NCBI GenBank assembly: GCA_964291675.2
Contig: OZ219866.1
Location: 2,976,001 to 3,040,000 of the forward strand
DNA length: 64,000 nt
Source of the DNA: Alphaproteobacteria bacterium
GTDB lineage: Bacteria > Pseudomonadota > Alphaproteobacteria > MPNO01
Direction: 5' to 3'
Of this stretch, positions 1 to 9,450 are shown one piece after another. Under the pieces are notes generated by a model. It did no database searches. It was not told the DNA's origin and saw only the letters and a list, made by a program, of their open reading frames with translations. Positions within the stretch are counted from its first letter, which is position 1, and every line of letters starts with the position of its first letter. The position numbers and the translations under genes are program-made.

Positions 1-216
1 CATCGCTGGAAATTCCTCCTCGCCTGGACCCGGCCGGGCATTATCGGCGGTTGACAGGTCAGGACGCGCAACTAGGTTTGCGACGCCGCCGGTATATCGG
101 CTGGCGCGGACGGCGAATGCTCCGCCCGCGAGAGCGTCGGCATTTATATCATAACCGCGGCACCGGACTTCAAGGAGGCCGGCTTCGTTCGAGCGGGCCG
201 GCGCGGAAGACGAGCG

Positions 217-1329
217 ATGAACGCCACGGTCTATCTGGACTACAACGCGAGCGCGCCGGTATGGCCCGAAGCCGCCGAGGCGGCGGCCGAGGCGATGCGC
301 GCGGGCGCCAACGCCTCGTCCATCCACGCCCCGGGCCGGGCCGCGCGGGCGCGCGTCGAGCGGGCGCGCGAGTCGGTCGCCCGGCTGGTCGGCGCGGACC
401 CGGCCGGGATCGTCTTCACCGGCGGCGGCACCGAGGCCAACAACCAGGCGATCCGCTGTTCCGGCGCCCGGCGCGTTCTGGTCTCGGCGATCGAGCACGA
501 ATCGGCGCTGTCCGCCGACGAGGGTGCGGAACGGCTCCCGGTCACGGCGGACGGCGTCCTCGACCTCGAGGCGCTCGACCGCGCGCTGGCCGCCGATCCG
601 CGTCCCGCCCTGGTTGCCGTCATGCTGGCCAACAACGAGACCGGCGTCGTCCAGCCGGTCGCCGAGGCGGTCGCGGCGGCGCGGCGCCACGGCGCCCGCG
701 TCCATTGCGACGCGGTCCAGGCGGCGGGCAAGATCCCGGTCGATGTCGCGGCGCTGGGCGCGGACAGCTACGCCCTCTCCGCGCACAAGCTGGGCGGGCC
801 GCAGGGCGTCGGCGCGCTGGTGCTGCGCGATCCCGACGGCGCGGCGCCGCTGATCCATGGCGGCGGGCAGGAGCGCGGCCGGCGCGCCGGCACCGAGAAC
901 GTCGCCGGGATCGCGGGTTTCGGCCGCGCGGCGGAGATCGCGGCCGAGCGGCTGGACGACTTCGCCCGCCTGTCCGCGCTGCGCGACCGGATGGAGGCGG
1001 ATATCCGCGCGCTCGATCCCGCCGCCTGGATGCCGGGCGCCGCCGCGCCCAGGCTGCCCAACACCTCGATGGCGATCATGCCGGGCTGCGAGAGCGCGGC
1101 GCAGGTGATCGCCATGGACCTCGACGGCATCGCGGTCAGCGCCGGCTCCGCCTGCTCCTCCGGCAGGGTGCGCCCGCCTTACGTGCTCGCCGCGATGGGC
1201 GTGGACGGGGAAGCGGCGATGTGCGCGCTCCGCGTCAGCCTCGGCTGGCGCACCACCGCCCAAGAGGTCGACCGCTTCGTCGCCGCCTGGGCGCGGCTGC
1301 GCCGCCGCACCGCGCGCCGCGTCGCCTGA
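217..1329 (+). CDS. iscS: Cysteine desulfurase (IscS/NifS family)
   Basis: YLDYNAS, FTGGGTEANN, LANNETG, HCDAVQ, SAHKLGGP (PLP Lys), SAGSACSSG (catalytic Cys). Confidence 0.93.
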   Translation: MNATVYLDYNASAPVWPEAAEAAAEAMRAGANASSIHAPGRAARARVERARESVARLVGADPAGIVFTGGGTEANNQAIRCSGARRVLVSAIEHESALSADEGAERLPVTADGVLDLEALDRALAADPRPALVAVMLANNETGVVQPVAEAVAAARRHGARVHCDAVQAAGKIPVDVAALGADSYALSAHKLGGPQGVGALVLRDPDGAAPLIHGGGQERGRRAGTENVAGIAGFGRAAEIAAERLDDFARLSALRDRMEADIRALDPAAWMPGAAAPRLPNTSMAIMPGCESAAQVIAMDLDGIAVSAGSACSSGRVRPPYVLAAMGVDGEAAMCALRVSLGWRTTAQEVDRFVAAWARLRRRTARRVA

Positions 1330-1339
1330 GGGCCGGACG

Positions 1340-1672
1340 GTGCCGCGCATCGCGTTCATATCGGCGGATGGCGGGCGCCGCGAGATCGACGCCGAGGCCG
1401 GCCGCTCGGTGCTGGAGATCGCCTGGGCGCACGGTGTCGAGGTCGAAGGCGCCTGCGAGGGCTCGATGGCCTGCTCGACCTGCCATGTGATCCTGAGCGA
1501 GGCCGATTACGACCGGCTACCGCCCTCCAGCGACGACGAGGAGGACATGCTCGACCTCGCCTGGGGGGTGACGCCGGTATCCCGCCTCGGCTGCCAGATC
1601 GTCGTCACCGAGGCGCTCGACGGGATCGAGCTCACCCTGCCCGCCGAGACCGTCAACCACATGGACGACTGA
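1340..1672 (+). CDS. fdx: 2Fe-2S ferredoxin (ISC/adrenodoxin type)
   Basis: GACEGSMACSTCHV ... SRLGCQI motif; directly follows iscS. Confidence 0.93.
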   Translation: MPRIAFISADGGRREIDAEAGRSVLEIAWAHGVEVEGACEGSMACSTCHVILSEADYDRLPPSSDDEEDMLDLAWGVTPVSRLGCQIVVTEALDGIELTLPAETVNHMDD

Positions 1673-1681
1673 GCCGTACCC

Positions 1682-2821
1682 ATGATTTCGCTCGACATCG
1701 ACAAGCCGCGCGAAGCCACCCTCGTGGCGGTCGCCATGTCGGGCGGCGTCGACAGCGCGGTGACGGCGGCCCTGGTCGCCGAGGCGGGCTACCGGGCGGT
1801 CGGCGTCACGCTGCAGCTCTATGACGACGGCACGGCGGCGTCGCGCAAGGGGGCGTGCTGCGCCGGGCAGGACATCTACGACGCCAGGCGCGCCGCCGAC
1901 GCGATCGGCATCCCGCACTACGTGCTCGACTACCGGAGCCGGTTCCGCGAGAGCGTGATCGAGCCCTTCGCCGACTCCTATGTCGCCGGCGAGACGCCGG
2001 TTCCCTGCGTGACCTGCAACCGGACGGTCAAGTTCCGCGACCTGATGGCGCTGGCGCGCGACTTCGGCGCCGATGCGCTGGCCACCGGGCATTACGCGCG
2101 CCGCCTGGCCGGGCCGGACGGGCCGGAGCTGCACCGCGCCGTCGATGCCGACCGCGACCAGAGCTACTTCCTGTTCGCGACGACGCGCGACCAGCTCGCC
2201 TTTCTGCGCTTTCCCCTCGGCGGCATGAGGAAGCAGGCAGTGCGCCGGGAAGCCCGGCGTCTCGCCCTGCCGGTGGCGGCCAAGCCGGACAGCCAGGACA
2301 TCTGCTTCGTGCCCGCCGGCGGCTATGCCCGAACCGTCGAGCGCCTGCGCCCCGGCGCCGCCGAGCCGGGCGACATCGTCGACCTCCGGGGCCGGCGTCT
2401 CGGCAGTCATGACGGGACGATAAACTTCACCGTCGGGCAGCGCCGCGGGCTCGCCATAGGCGGCACCGGCGAGCCGCTCTACGTGGTCCGCACCGAGCCC
2501 GCGAGGCGGCGCGTCGTGGTCGGCCCGCGCGATGCGCTGGCCCGCAGCGAGATCCGCATCGGCGGGCTCAACTGGCTCGCCGGCGCCCGGCCGCCGCCCG
2601 GCCCCGTCGCCGTGCGGGCGAAGATTCGCTCGATGCGCCCGCCCGCCGCGGCGACCCTGCGCGCGGGCTCGGGCGACGAAGCCACGGTCGCGCTGGATTC
2701 GCCCGAGCACGGCATCGCGCCCGGCCAGGCCTGCGTTCTCTACGACGGCGAGCGGGTGCTCGGCGGCGGCTGGATCCGCCAGACGCCCTTGGTCCTTGAC
2801 ACCGTCCGGGGCCGGCCGTAA
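1682..2821 (+). CDS. mnmA: tRNA 2-thiouridine(34) synthase
   Basis: [52 protein letters not shown]. Confidence 0.96.
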   Translation: MISLDIDKPREATLVAVAMSGGVDSAVTAALVAEAGYRAVGVTLQLYDDGTAASRKGACCAGQDIYDARRAADAIGIPHYVLDYRSRFRESVIEPFADSYVAGETPVPCVTCNRTVKFRDLMALARDFGADALATGHYARRLAGPDGPELHRAVDADRDQSYFLFATTRDQLAFLRFPLGGMRKQAVRREARRLALPVAAKPDSQDICFVPAGGYARTVERLRPGAAEPGDIVDLRGRRLGSHDGTINFTVGQRRGLAIGGTGEPLYVVRTEPARRRVVVGPRDALARSEIRIGGLNWLAGARPPPGPVAVRAKIRSMRPPAAATLRAGSGDEATVALDSPEHGIAPGQACVLYDGERVLGGGWIRQTPLVLDTVRGRP

Positions 2822-2836
2822 AGCGTCCCCTCCGGT

Positions 2837-2912
2837 GGCGGAGTAGCTCAGTTGGTAGAGCAGCGGAATCATAATCCGTGGGTCGCTGGTTCGAGTCCGG
2901 CCTCCGCTACCA
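2837..2912 (+). tRNA. tRNA-Met (CAT), probably elongator
   Basis: GGCGGAG..TAGCTCAGTTGGTAGAGC, anticodon arm GCGGA-ATCATAA-TCCGT, T arm GGTTCGAGTCC, ends in encoded CCA. Confidence 0.95.
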
Positions 2913-2982
2913 CTTATTTCCTTGAAATGGTTTACATTTTCCGCAGCCGAGTCCCCTCCGGCTTTGGCCGGGTCGGCGCAAC

Positions 2983-3285
2983 TTGCTCGGCGGCGCTGTG
3001 GATTTCCTGAGCCCAGCCGTTCTCCTGAGCCTTTTCAAATGGCTTTGGGATCAGTTTCCAATGTGGAGAATCCGGCGCTACGCTCCAAGCGCCAAAAGGG
3101 TAAGGCTTGTTGTCGCCTTGACTCGTTCAGACTACGAGGCCATCCCTTCAGACTTGAAGGAAGGCATCATGTTCCTTCAGTTACCCGACCAGCCACCAGA
3201 TCAAGGCGACCGGCCCCCCGACCCAGACGGTCACGAGAAGAACGAGCTGGACGGCACCGAGCCATCCGGGACGAAGGGGGAATGA
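2983..3285 (+). CDS. Hypothetical protein or gene fragment (lower GC, next to tRNA)
   Basis: 100-aa ORF with atypical composition; start codon uncertain. Confidence 0.4.
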   Translation: MLGGAVDFLSPAVLLSLFKWLWDQFPMWRIRRYAPSAKRVRLVVALTRSDYEAIPSDLKEGIMFLQLPDQPPDQGDRPPDPDGHEKNELDGTEPSGTKGE

Positions 3286-3755
3286 CCTCTTCGCCTCTTC
3301 GTACATGAGTTCCATGGAATCAATATAGTCTTCGTCAAGATTCTGGTAAAGCCAGTACATCGCTGGGGCAGCGTTGATCGTCGGTCACAGCCCAAGTCAC
3401 CCGGAGACCGCCAATTGCGCGCTCTGGGCGTCCATGGTCCCCCGGTTCGTCGTCCCCGACCGCCGCGCCCGCCGTACCGACAGTGTCGTACTTCGCAAGC
3501 TCCGGGCTCCCCGGCGAGGCCGGGACCCGTTCCCGTCCGATAGCGGGCGTCGACACGCATTTAAGAGAGAGTATTTGACAAGATTATCCATCCATGATAG
3601 TATTTCTAAAGGAATGTATCAATGATCCTTCATAAATACTTGAAAAGTCCTGAATTCTGTCTTAGCGTTCCCGGCCTCTGGGCGAGCGGCCCCGGCCGGG
3701 AGGGTGCTTCCGGCGAACGGCTTGACAGCGACCCCAGCGGTTCGGGAGGCATCTC

Positions 3756-3809
3756 GAACTCCCCACCCCCCGCTTTAGATTAGCCCCTCCAGCGGGGGGT
3801 GGGGGTTCT
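3756..3809. repeat. Strong inverted repeat / hairpin
   Basis: CCCCACCCCCCGCT (3761-3774) pairs with AGCGGGGGGTGGGG (3791-3804). Confidence 0.7.
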
Positions 3810-3924
3810 GAGCCGGCGACCGGCGCCGGCATTCGCGAAGCCGCCATGCCGGGCTTGCCCGGCGCCCGGCGGATCGTCAGTGTAGCCCCCCGGCGATCAC
3901 GCAACCCCTCGCTTCCCGGCCATT

Positions 3925-4995
3925 ATGGACCTGCTGCTTTCCGAAGAGCAACGCATGCTGCGCGACAGCGCCCGCCGCTTCCTCGCCGATACCGGCGGGG
4001 CGGAGCGGGTGCGGCGCCTGCGCGGGACCGAGCACGGCTTCGACCGCGAGGTCCTGCGGGCGATGGCGCAACAGGGCTGGCTCGGCGTGCTGGTGTCGGC
4101 CGACCGGGGCGGGCTCGGGCTCGGCCTCACCGAGGCGGCGCTGCTGCTGGAACAGGCGGGCCGCGCGCTCGCCCCCGAGCCGGCCGGCGCGTCGATCGTG
4201 ACGGCCGCCGCGCTCGCCGGCTGCGAGGGAACCGAAGCGCTGCTGGCGCGCGTCGTCGCGGGCGAGACGCTGGTGGTTCCGGCGCTCGCCGCCGATGGCG
4301 GTGGCGTCCGCGCGCGGCCGGAGGCGGGCGAAGTCGTGCTGCTCGACGGGTCCTGCGCCGGCGTGATCGCGGCCGGCGCCGCGGACGGGCTGCTGGTCGG
4401 CGCCGCCGGCCCCGACGGTCCGCTGCTCTGCCATGTCGAGGCCGGCGCCCGGGGGCTCGGGATCGCGCCCCGGCGCACGGTCGACGGCGCGTCGTTCGGC
4501 GACGTCGTCTTCGAGGGCGTCGCCGCGCGACCGCTGGCGGCGCGGCAGAACCGGGGGTTCGGCCGGCCGGCGGCGCTGCGCGACGGCCTGCTGGTCGCGG
4601 CCTCGGCGGAGCTTCTCGGGGCGATGGACGCGGCGCTCGACATGACGCTCGACTATCTCCGCACCCGCGAGCAGTTCGGCCGCCCTCTCGGCGCCTTCCA
4701 GGCGCTGCAGCACCGCGCCGTCGACGACTTCACCCGCATCGTCGGCACGCGGTCGCTGCTGTTCCGCATCGCCGGCGGCGACGGCGACATCGCGCCGGCG
4801 ATGGCCGCCGCGCTCAAGGCGCATGCCGCCGACTCGGCGCTCCTCGTGACCAAGTCGGCGATCCAGATGCACGGCGCCATCGGGTTCACCGACGAGCACG
4901 ATTCCGGGCTCTACCTCAAGCGCGCGATGACGCTCGCCGCCTGGCTCGGCAACCCCGCCGCCCAGCGCGCCCGCTACGCCGAGGCGATGCTGTGA
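3925..4995 (+). CDS. Acyl-CoA dehydrogenase family protein
   Basis: LSEEQRMLRDSARRF N-terminus, REQFGRPLGAFQALQHR, AIQMHGAIGFTDEHD. Confidence 0.9.
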   Translation: MDLLLSEEQRMLRDSARRFLADTGGAERVRRLRGTEHGFDREVLRAMAQQGWLGVLVSADRGGLGLGLTEAALLLEQAGRALAPEPAGASIVTAAALAGCEGTEALLARVVAGETLVVPALAADGGGVRARPEAGEVVLLDGSCAGVIAAGAADGLLVGAAGPDGPLLCHVEAGARGLGIAPRRTVDGASFGDVVFEGVAARPLAARQNRGFGRPAALRDGLLVAASAELLGAMDAALDMTLDYLRTREQFGRPLGAFQALQHRAVDDFTRIVGTRSLLFRIAGGDGDIAPAMAAALKAHAADSALLVTKSAIQMHGAIGFTDEHDSGLYLKRAMTLAAWLGNPAAQRARYAEAML

Positions 4996-5062
4996 GGGAA
5001 TGGCTGCCTGGCGGCGAAATTTGCGCTTAAATGGCGCAGGCACCCTTGGGAGGGACCGCGCC

Positions 5063-5905
5063 ATGATGATCCAGACCGCCCCGCCGGGCGAGCCCCGCTT
5101 CCTGTGCTCGATGCGCGAGCACAACGCGCTCTGCGGGCAGTTCGTGCGCGCCTTCGGCAACGACGCCTTCGAGCGCTGCGAGCCGCATGACGAGATGGTC
5201 TATGTCGTCAGCCACCACGACTACGGCTGGGACGCGTTCGACGGCAACCCGGTGCTCGACGAGCGCTCCGGCCTGCCCTGCGGCATCGGCAACGCGCCGG
5301 TGCCGGGCGGCACCGACACCGGCCGGCGCTCGGCCGAGGTCAACGAGGCGCGCCACCTCTATTGCGGGCTGCTGTCGTCGATGCATTCCTGGGGGCTCTA
5401 TCACGGGCGCTACGGCTACTCGGAGTTCCGGGTGCGGCCGGGCGGGTCGACCTCGATCCCGGTCGGGCCGGCCGACCGCGCCGACGTCGACCGCATGCTG
5501 GACGGCGAGATCGCGCGCCAGGAGCGCATCAGGGAGGCGCTCGCCGCCGACCCGGAGACCGCGCCCTGGGTGGAGGAGGCGCACCTCGTGCAGAACTACA
5601 AGCAGCTCCAGTTCTTCGACACGCTCGCGCTCTATTTCAACCTGCGCCACGAGACCGACCGCGGCGTCGAGACCTTTGTTTGCGTGCCGCGGGACGCCGA
5701 GACCGACGCCGAGGTGACGGTGACGCCGAGGGGCGGCGGCGTCTACGCGCTCGATCCGTTCCCCTTCGCCGGCGACCGGCTGGTAGCGGTGTGCAGCGGG
5801 CGCCATCTCGCCGCCTATGGCGAGGGCGAGGCGCCGGCAGACCTCGCCGCCGCGCTCGCGCTCCTGCCCGCCGAGACCCAGACCTACACCCTCGTGAAGG
5901 GCTGA
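5063..5905 (+). CDS. DUF3891-like protein
   Basis: EHNALCGQFVRAFGN, HHDYGW, GLLSSMH, LQFFDTLALYF, LDPFPF pattern; start chosen after GGAGG RBS. Confidence 0.7.
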   Translation: MMIQTAPPGEPRFLCSMREHNALCGQFVRAFGNDAFERCEPHDEMVYVVSHHDYGWDAFDGNPVLDERSGLPCGIGNAPVPGGTDTGRRSAEVNEARHLYCGLLSSMHSWGLYHGRYGYSEFRVRPGGSTSIPVGPADRADVDRMLDGEIARQERIREALAADPETAPWVEEAHLVQNYKQLQFFDTLALYFNLRHETDRGVETFVCVPRDAETDAEVTVTPRGGGVYALDPFPFAGDRLVAVCSGRHLAAYGEGEAPADLAAALALLPAETQTYTLVKG

Positions 5906-5980
5906 ATGCACGCCGAGGTTGCAGCCCCGCCCGGCCCCGGCTAGGCTCGAACCAGCGCGCGATTGCGGAGACCGGCCGGG

Positions 5981-6424
5981 ATGGCCGCTGCGTTCGATAC
6001 CCTGACCGCCGCCCGCCGCATGGAAGACGCGGGGATGAAGCGCGAACAGGCGGAAGCCGTCGCCGAAGCCGTCCGCTCGGCCGCGGAATCCGACCGCGAA
6101 GAGTTGGCGACCAAGACGGATCTGGCAGGCGTCAAAGCCGACGTGGCGGCCGTCAGGTCGGAGCTCGCCGCGCTGAGGGCGGAGGTCAAGTCGGATCTCG
6201 ACGCGCTGAGGGCGGAGGTCAAGTCGGATCTCGACGCGCTGAGGGCGGAGTTCAAGTCGGAGCTCGACGCGCACAGGACGGAATTCAAGTCCGAACTCGA
6301 GACGGGTCTTGCGGGGCTCAGGGTGGAGCTGGTGGACCGGATCCAATCGACCGAACGGCGCATGTATGCCGCCGTCTTCGGCGTTGGCGGGCTGCTGTTC
6401 GCCGCGCTCAAGCTGGTTCCCTGA
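5981..6424 (+). CDS. DUF1640/CCDC90-like coiled-coil protein with C-terminal TM, copy 1
   Basis: FDTLTAARRMEDAGMKREQAEA..LATKTDL head; 33-bp (11-aa) repeats ALRAEVKSDLD; hydrophobic tail. Confidence 0.8.
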   Translation: MAAAFDTLTAARRMEDAGMKREQAEAVAEAVRSAAESDREELATKTDLAGVKADVAAVRSELAALRAEVKSDLDALRAEVKSDLDALRAEFKSELDAHRTEFKSELETGLAGLRVELVDRIQSTERRMYAAVFGVGGLLFAALKLVP

Positions 6425-6580
6425 CGCCGGAAGCAGGCGATCCCGCCGCCGCGTTCGCGGGCCCGCCGACCGACATTCGGACCCACACACTTGTGAACGT
6501 CCGATCCTCGGATGGCATTGCGGGTGCATCCGGTCACGGCTACGCTTGCCTCAGCGCGCCGCGTAGGGACATGGGTTGGA

Positions 6581-6892
6581 ATGGCCGCCGGTTTCGACAC
6601 CCTGACCGCCGCCCGCCGCATGGAAGAGGCGGGCATGAAGCGCGAGCAGGCGGAAGCCGTCGCCGAAGCCGTCCGCACCGCTGCGGAATCCGGCCGCGAG
6701 GAGCTGGCGACCAAGACTGACGTGGCAGCTGTCAAGACGGACCTGGCGGAACTCAAGGTAGAGCTCAAGGGGGACATCTCCGCGCTCAGGGTGGAGCTCG
6801 TGGACCGGATGCAGTCCGGCGAACGGCGCATGTATGCCGCCGTCTTCGGGGTTGGCGGGTTGCTGTTCGCCGCGCTCAAGCTGGTTCCCTGA
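6581..6892 (+). CDS. DUF1640/CCDC90-like protein, copy 2
   Basis: Close paralogue of copy 1 with a shorter stalk. Confidence 0.8.
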   Translation: MAAGFDTLTAARRMEEAGMKREQAEAVAEAVRTAAESGREELATKTDVAAVKTDLAELKVELKGDISALRVELVDRMQSGERRMYAAVFGVGGLLFAALKLVP

Positions 6893-7009
6893 CGCCGACC
6901 GGTACCCGGACCCACGCAGTTGTGAAGTCATGACCGTGCGACGGCGTTGCCGGTGCATCCGGTCGCGGCTAGGCTCGCCCCATCGTCGCGAGCGCGGAGA
7001 CCGGCCGGG

Positions 7010-7302
7010 ATGGCCGCAGCCTTCGATACCCTGACCGCGGCCCGCCGCATGGAACAGGCGGGGATGAAGCGCGAGCAGGCGGAAGCCGTCGCCGAAGCCG
7101 TTCGCTCGGCTGCCGAGTCCGGCCGCGAAGAGTTGGCGACCAAGATGGACATCGCAAGATGGACATCGCGGCTCTCAAGGTGGACATGGCGGCACTCAAG
7201 GCCGAGCTCCTGGACCGGATGCAATCCGGCGAACGGCGCATGTATGCCGCCGTCTTCGGGGTTGGCGGGCTGCTGTTCGCCGCGCTCAGGCTGGTTCCCT
7301 GA
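7010..7302 (+). pseudogene. DUF1640/CCDC90-like protein, copy 3, frameshifted
   Basis: 14-bp tandem duplication CAAGATGGACATCG (7141-7154/7155-7168) shifts the frame; removing one unit restores the C-terminus ...FAALRLVP*. Confidence 0.85.
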
Positions 7303-7392
7303 CGCCCGCGCGGGGCCGCGCCCGCCGCATGCACGCGCCGCGCCGGTCTGTTACTCTCGCGCGCAACTGCAATCCGAAAGGCCGGTCGCGCG

Positions 7393-8640
7393 ATGAAGGT
7401 GCTCTGGTTCCATCTGATGCCCTACACCGAGCTCCCCGACGACTTCAAGGAGCGCCACCCGGGTGTCTGGGTCGAGATCGACCCGGCGCTGTTCGATCCC
7501 GAACGCGCGCACCTGATGTACAACGACTTCATGGACGAGCTCGAATTCGCCGCCGAGCAGGGGTTCGACGGGATCTGCGTCAACGAGCACCACTCCAACG
7601 GCTACGGGCTGATGCCGTCGCCCAATTTGATCGCCGCCAGCCTGGCGCGGCGCACCGGCGACGCGGCGATCTGCGTGATGGGGAGCTCGGTCGCGCTCTA
7701 CGACCCGCCGATCCGGGTGGCCGAGGAGTTCGCGATGATCGACTGCATATCGGGCGGGCGGCTGATCGCCGGCTTCCCGGTCGGCACGCCGATGGACACC
7801 TGCTACGCCTACAGCCGCAACCCCGGGCTCTTGCGCCCGCGCTACTACGAGGCGATCGACCTGATCACCCGCGCCTGGCGCGAGGAGAAGCCGTTCCCCT
7901 ATAACGGCCGCTTCAACCGGCTGCGCTACGTCAACCCGTGGCCGCGCCCGGTCCAGAAGCCGCGCCCGCCGGTCTGGGTGCCGGGCTCGGGCTCGGTCGA
8001 GACCTGGCGGATGTGCTACGAGAACGACTTCGTCTACGCCTACCTCTCCTACTGGGGCTACAAGGCGGGGCTCGGCGTGATGAAGGGGTTCTGGGAGGAG
8101 ATGAAGGCGATGGGGGCCGAGCCCAACCCCTACCACGCCGGCTTCCTCCAGGCCGTCGGCGTCGCCGAGAGCCGCGCCGAGGCGGTCGACCTCTATGCCG
8201 GGCCGGCGAGCTATTTCTATGACCGCTGCCTCCATCTCGACCCCAAATTCGCCCGCCCGCCGGGCTATGTGTCGGAGGCGACGGTGCGCTCGCGCATCAC
8301 CTCGCAGGTCTCCCGGGCGGCCGACCAGGCGATCGCCGCGCGGCCCTTCCATTCCGAGGACGCCAACGTCCTGGAGCAGGGCCACGTCATCGTCGGCAGC
8401 CCCGACGAGGTCGCCGACCAGCTCCGCGAGGTGGCGGTCAACCTCAATGTCGGCCACCTGATGCTGCTGCTCCATTTCGGCGACATGTCGAAGGACCTGA
8501 CCAGGTACAACACAAGGCTGTTCGCCGAGCGGGTGCTGCCGCAGATCGCCGATTTGTTCGACGACGAATGGGAAGACAAGTGGTGGCCCAGCCCGATGCC
8601 GAGCCAGAGCCGCGCGGTGCCGGAGCCGGTCGCCGTATGA
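7393..8640 (+). CDS. LLM-class (luciferase-like) flavin-dependent oxidoreductase
   Basis: GFDGICVNEHHS, PIRVAEEFAMIDCISGGRLIAG, PRPVQKPRPPVW, VGSPDEV. Confidence 0.92.
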   Translation: MKVLWFHLMPYTELPDDFKERHPGVWVEIDPALFDPERAHLMYNDFMDELEFAAEQGFDGICVNEHHSNGYGLMPSPNLIAASLARRTGDAAICVMGSSVALYDPPIRVAEEFAMIDCISGGRLIAGFPVGTPMDTCYAYSRNPGLLRPRYYEAIDLITRAWREEKPFPYNGRFNRLRYVNPWPRPVQKPRPPVWVPGSGSVETWRMCYENDFVYAYLSYWGYKAGLGVMKGFWEEMKAMGAEPNPYHAGFLQAVGVAESRAEAVDLYAGPASYFYDRCLHLDPKFARPPGYVSEATVRSRITSQVSRAADQAIAARPFHSEDANVLEQGHVIVGSPDEVADQLREVAVNLNVGHLMLLLHFGDMSKDLTRYNTRLFAERVLPQIADLFDDEWEDKWWPSPMPSQSRAVPEPVAV

Positions 8641-9428
8641 CGAGCATCGCCCAACGCTCCGCCGCGGTTTCCGGCGGCGAGCTGCGGGTATGGGAGAAGG
8701 GCGCGGGGCCGGGCGTGTGCTTCTTCGCCGGCGTCGTCGGGCTGCCCCGCTGGCTGCCGGTGCTCGACCTTCTGGCCGGGGCGCATCGCGTCGTCGCCCC
8801 GTCGCTGCCCGGCGCGCCGGGCGGGCATTCGGCGGACCTCCTCGACGAGCATGTCGACTGGCTGCTGGCCGCGCGCGACGCCCACCTTGCGGCGGAGACC
8901 GACGGCGGCGCGCTGATCGGCGCCTCGACCGGCGGCGCGCTCGCCGCCGATGTCGCGGCGGTGTGGCCGGGGGCGGTGGCGAGGCTGGTGCTGATCGCCC
9001 CGTTCGGCGTGTTCGACGAGGCCGAGCCGATCGCCGACATCTTCGCCCAGCGCCCCGCCGACCGTTCGCCGCTGCTCAGCAACCGGCCGGACGAGCTCGA
9101 CGCCTATACCGCCGCCGCCGCCGGCGACGCGGACGAGACGCTCGAATGGGACCTCGCGATGCAGCGCGCCAACAACGCGGCGGCGCGCCTGCTGTGGCCG
9201 CTCGGCGATACCAGGCTGGCGACGCGTCTCGGGCGGATCGCCTGCCCGACGCTGCTGCTCCGGGGCGCCGACGACCGGGTGATGCCGCGCTCCTACGCCG
9301 CGCGCATGGCGGATGCGATCTCCGGCCCCACCACGATCCGCGAGATAGCGGGCGCCGGCCACATGGCCGAGTTCGACCGCCCCGACGCGGTGGCGGCGGC
9401 GATCGCGGAGTTCCTCGCCGCGGCCTGA
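8637..9428 (+). CDS. Alpha/beta-fold hydrolase
   Basis: GASTGG nucleophile elbow, PTLLLRGADD, AGHMAEF; ATGA overlap with the LLM gene. Confidence 0.88.
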   Translation: MTSIAQRSAAVSGGELRVWEKGAGPGVCFFAGVVGLPRWLPVLDLLAGAHRVVAPSLPGAPGGHSADLLDEHVDWLLAARDAHLAAETDGGALIGASTGGALAADVAAVWPGAVARLVLIAPFGVFDEAEPIADIFAQRPADRSPLLSNRPDELDAYTAAAAGDADETLEWDLAMQRANNAAARLLWPLGDTRLATRLGRIACPTLLLRGADDRVMPRSYAARMADAISGPTTIREIAGAGHMAEFDRPDAVAAAIAEFLAAA

Positions 9429-9450
9429 ACCGCCCCCGGGACCGCGCGGG

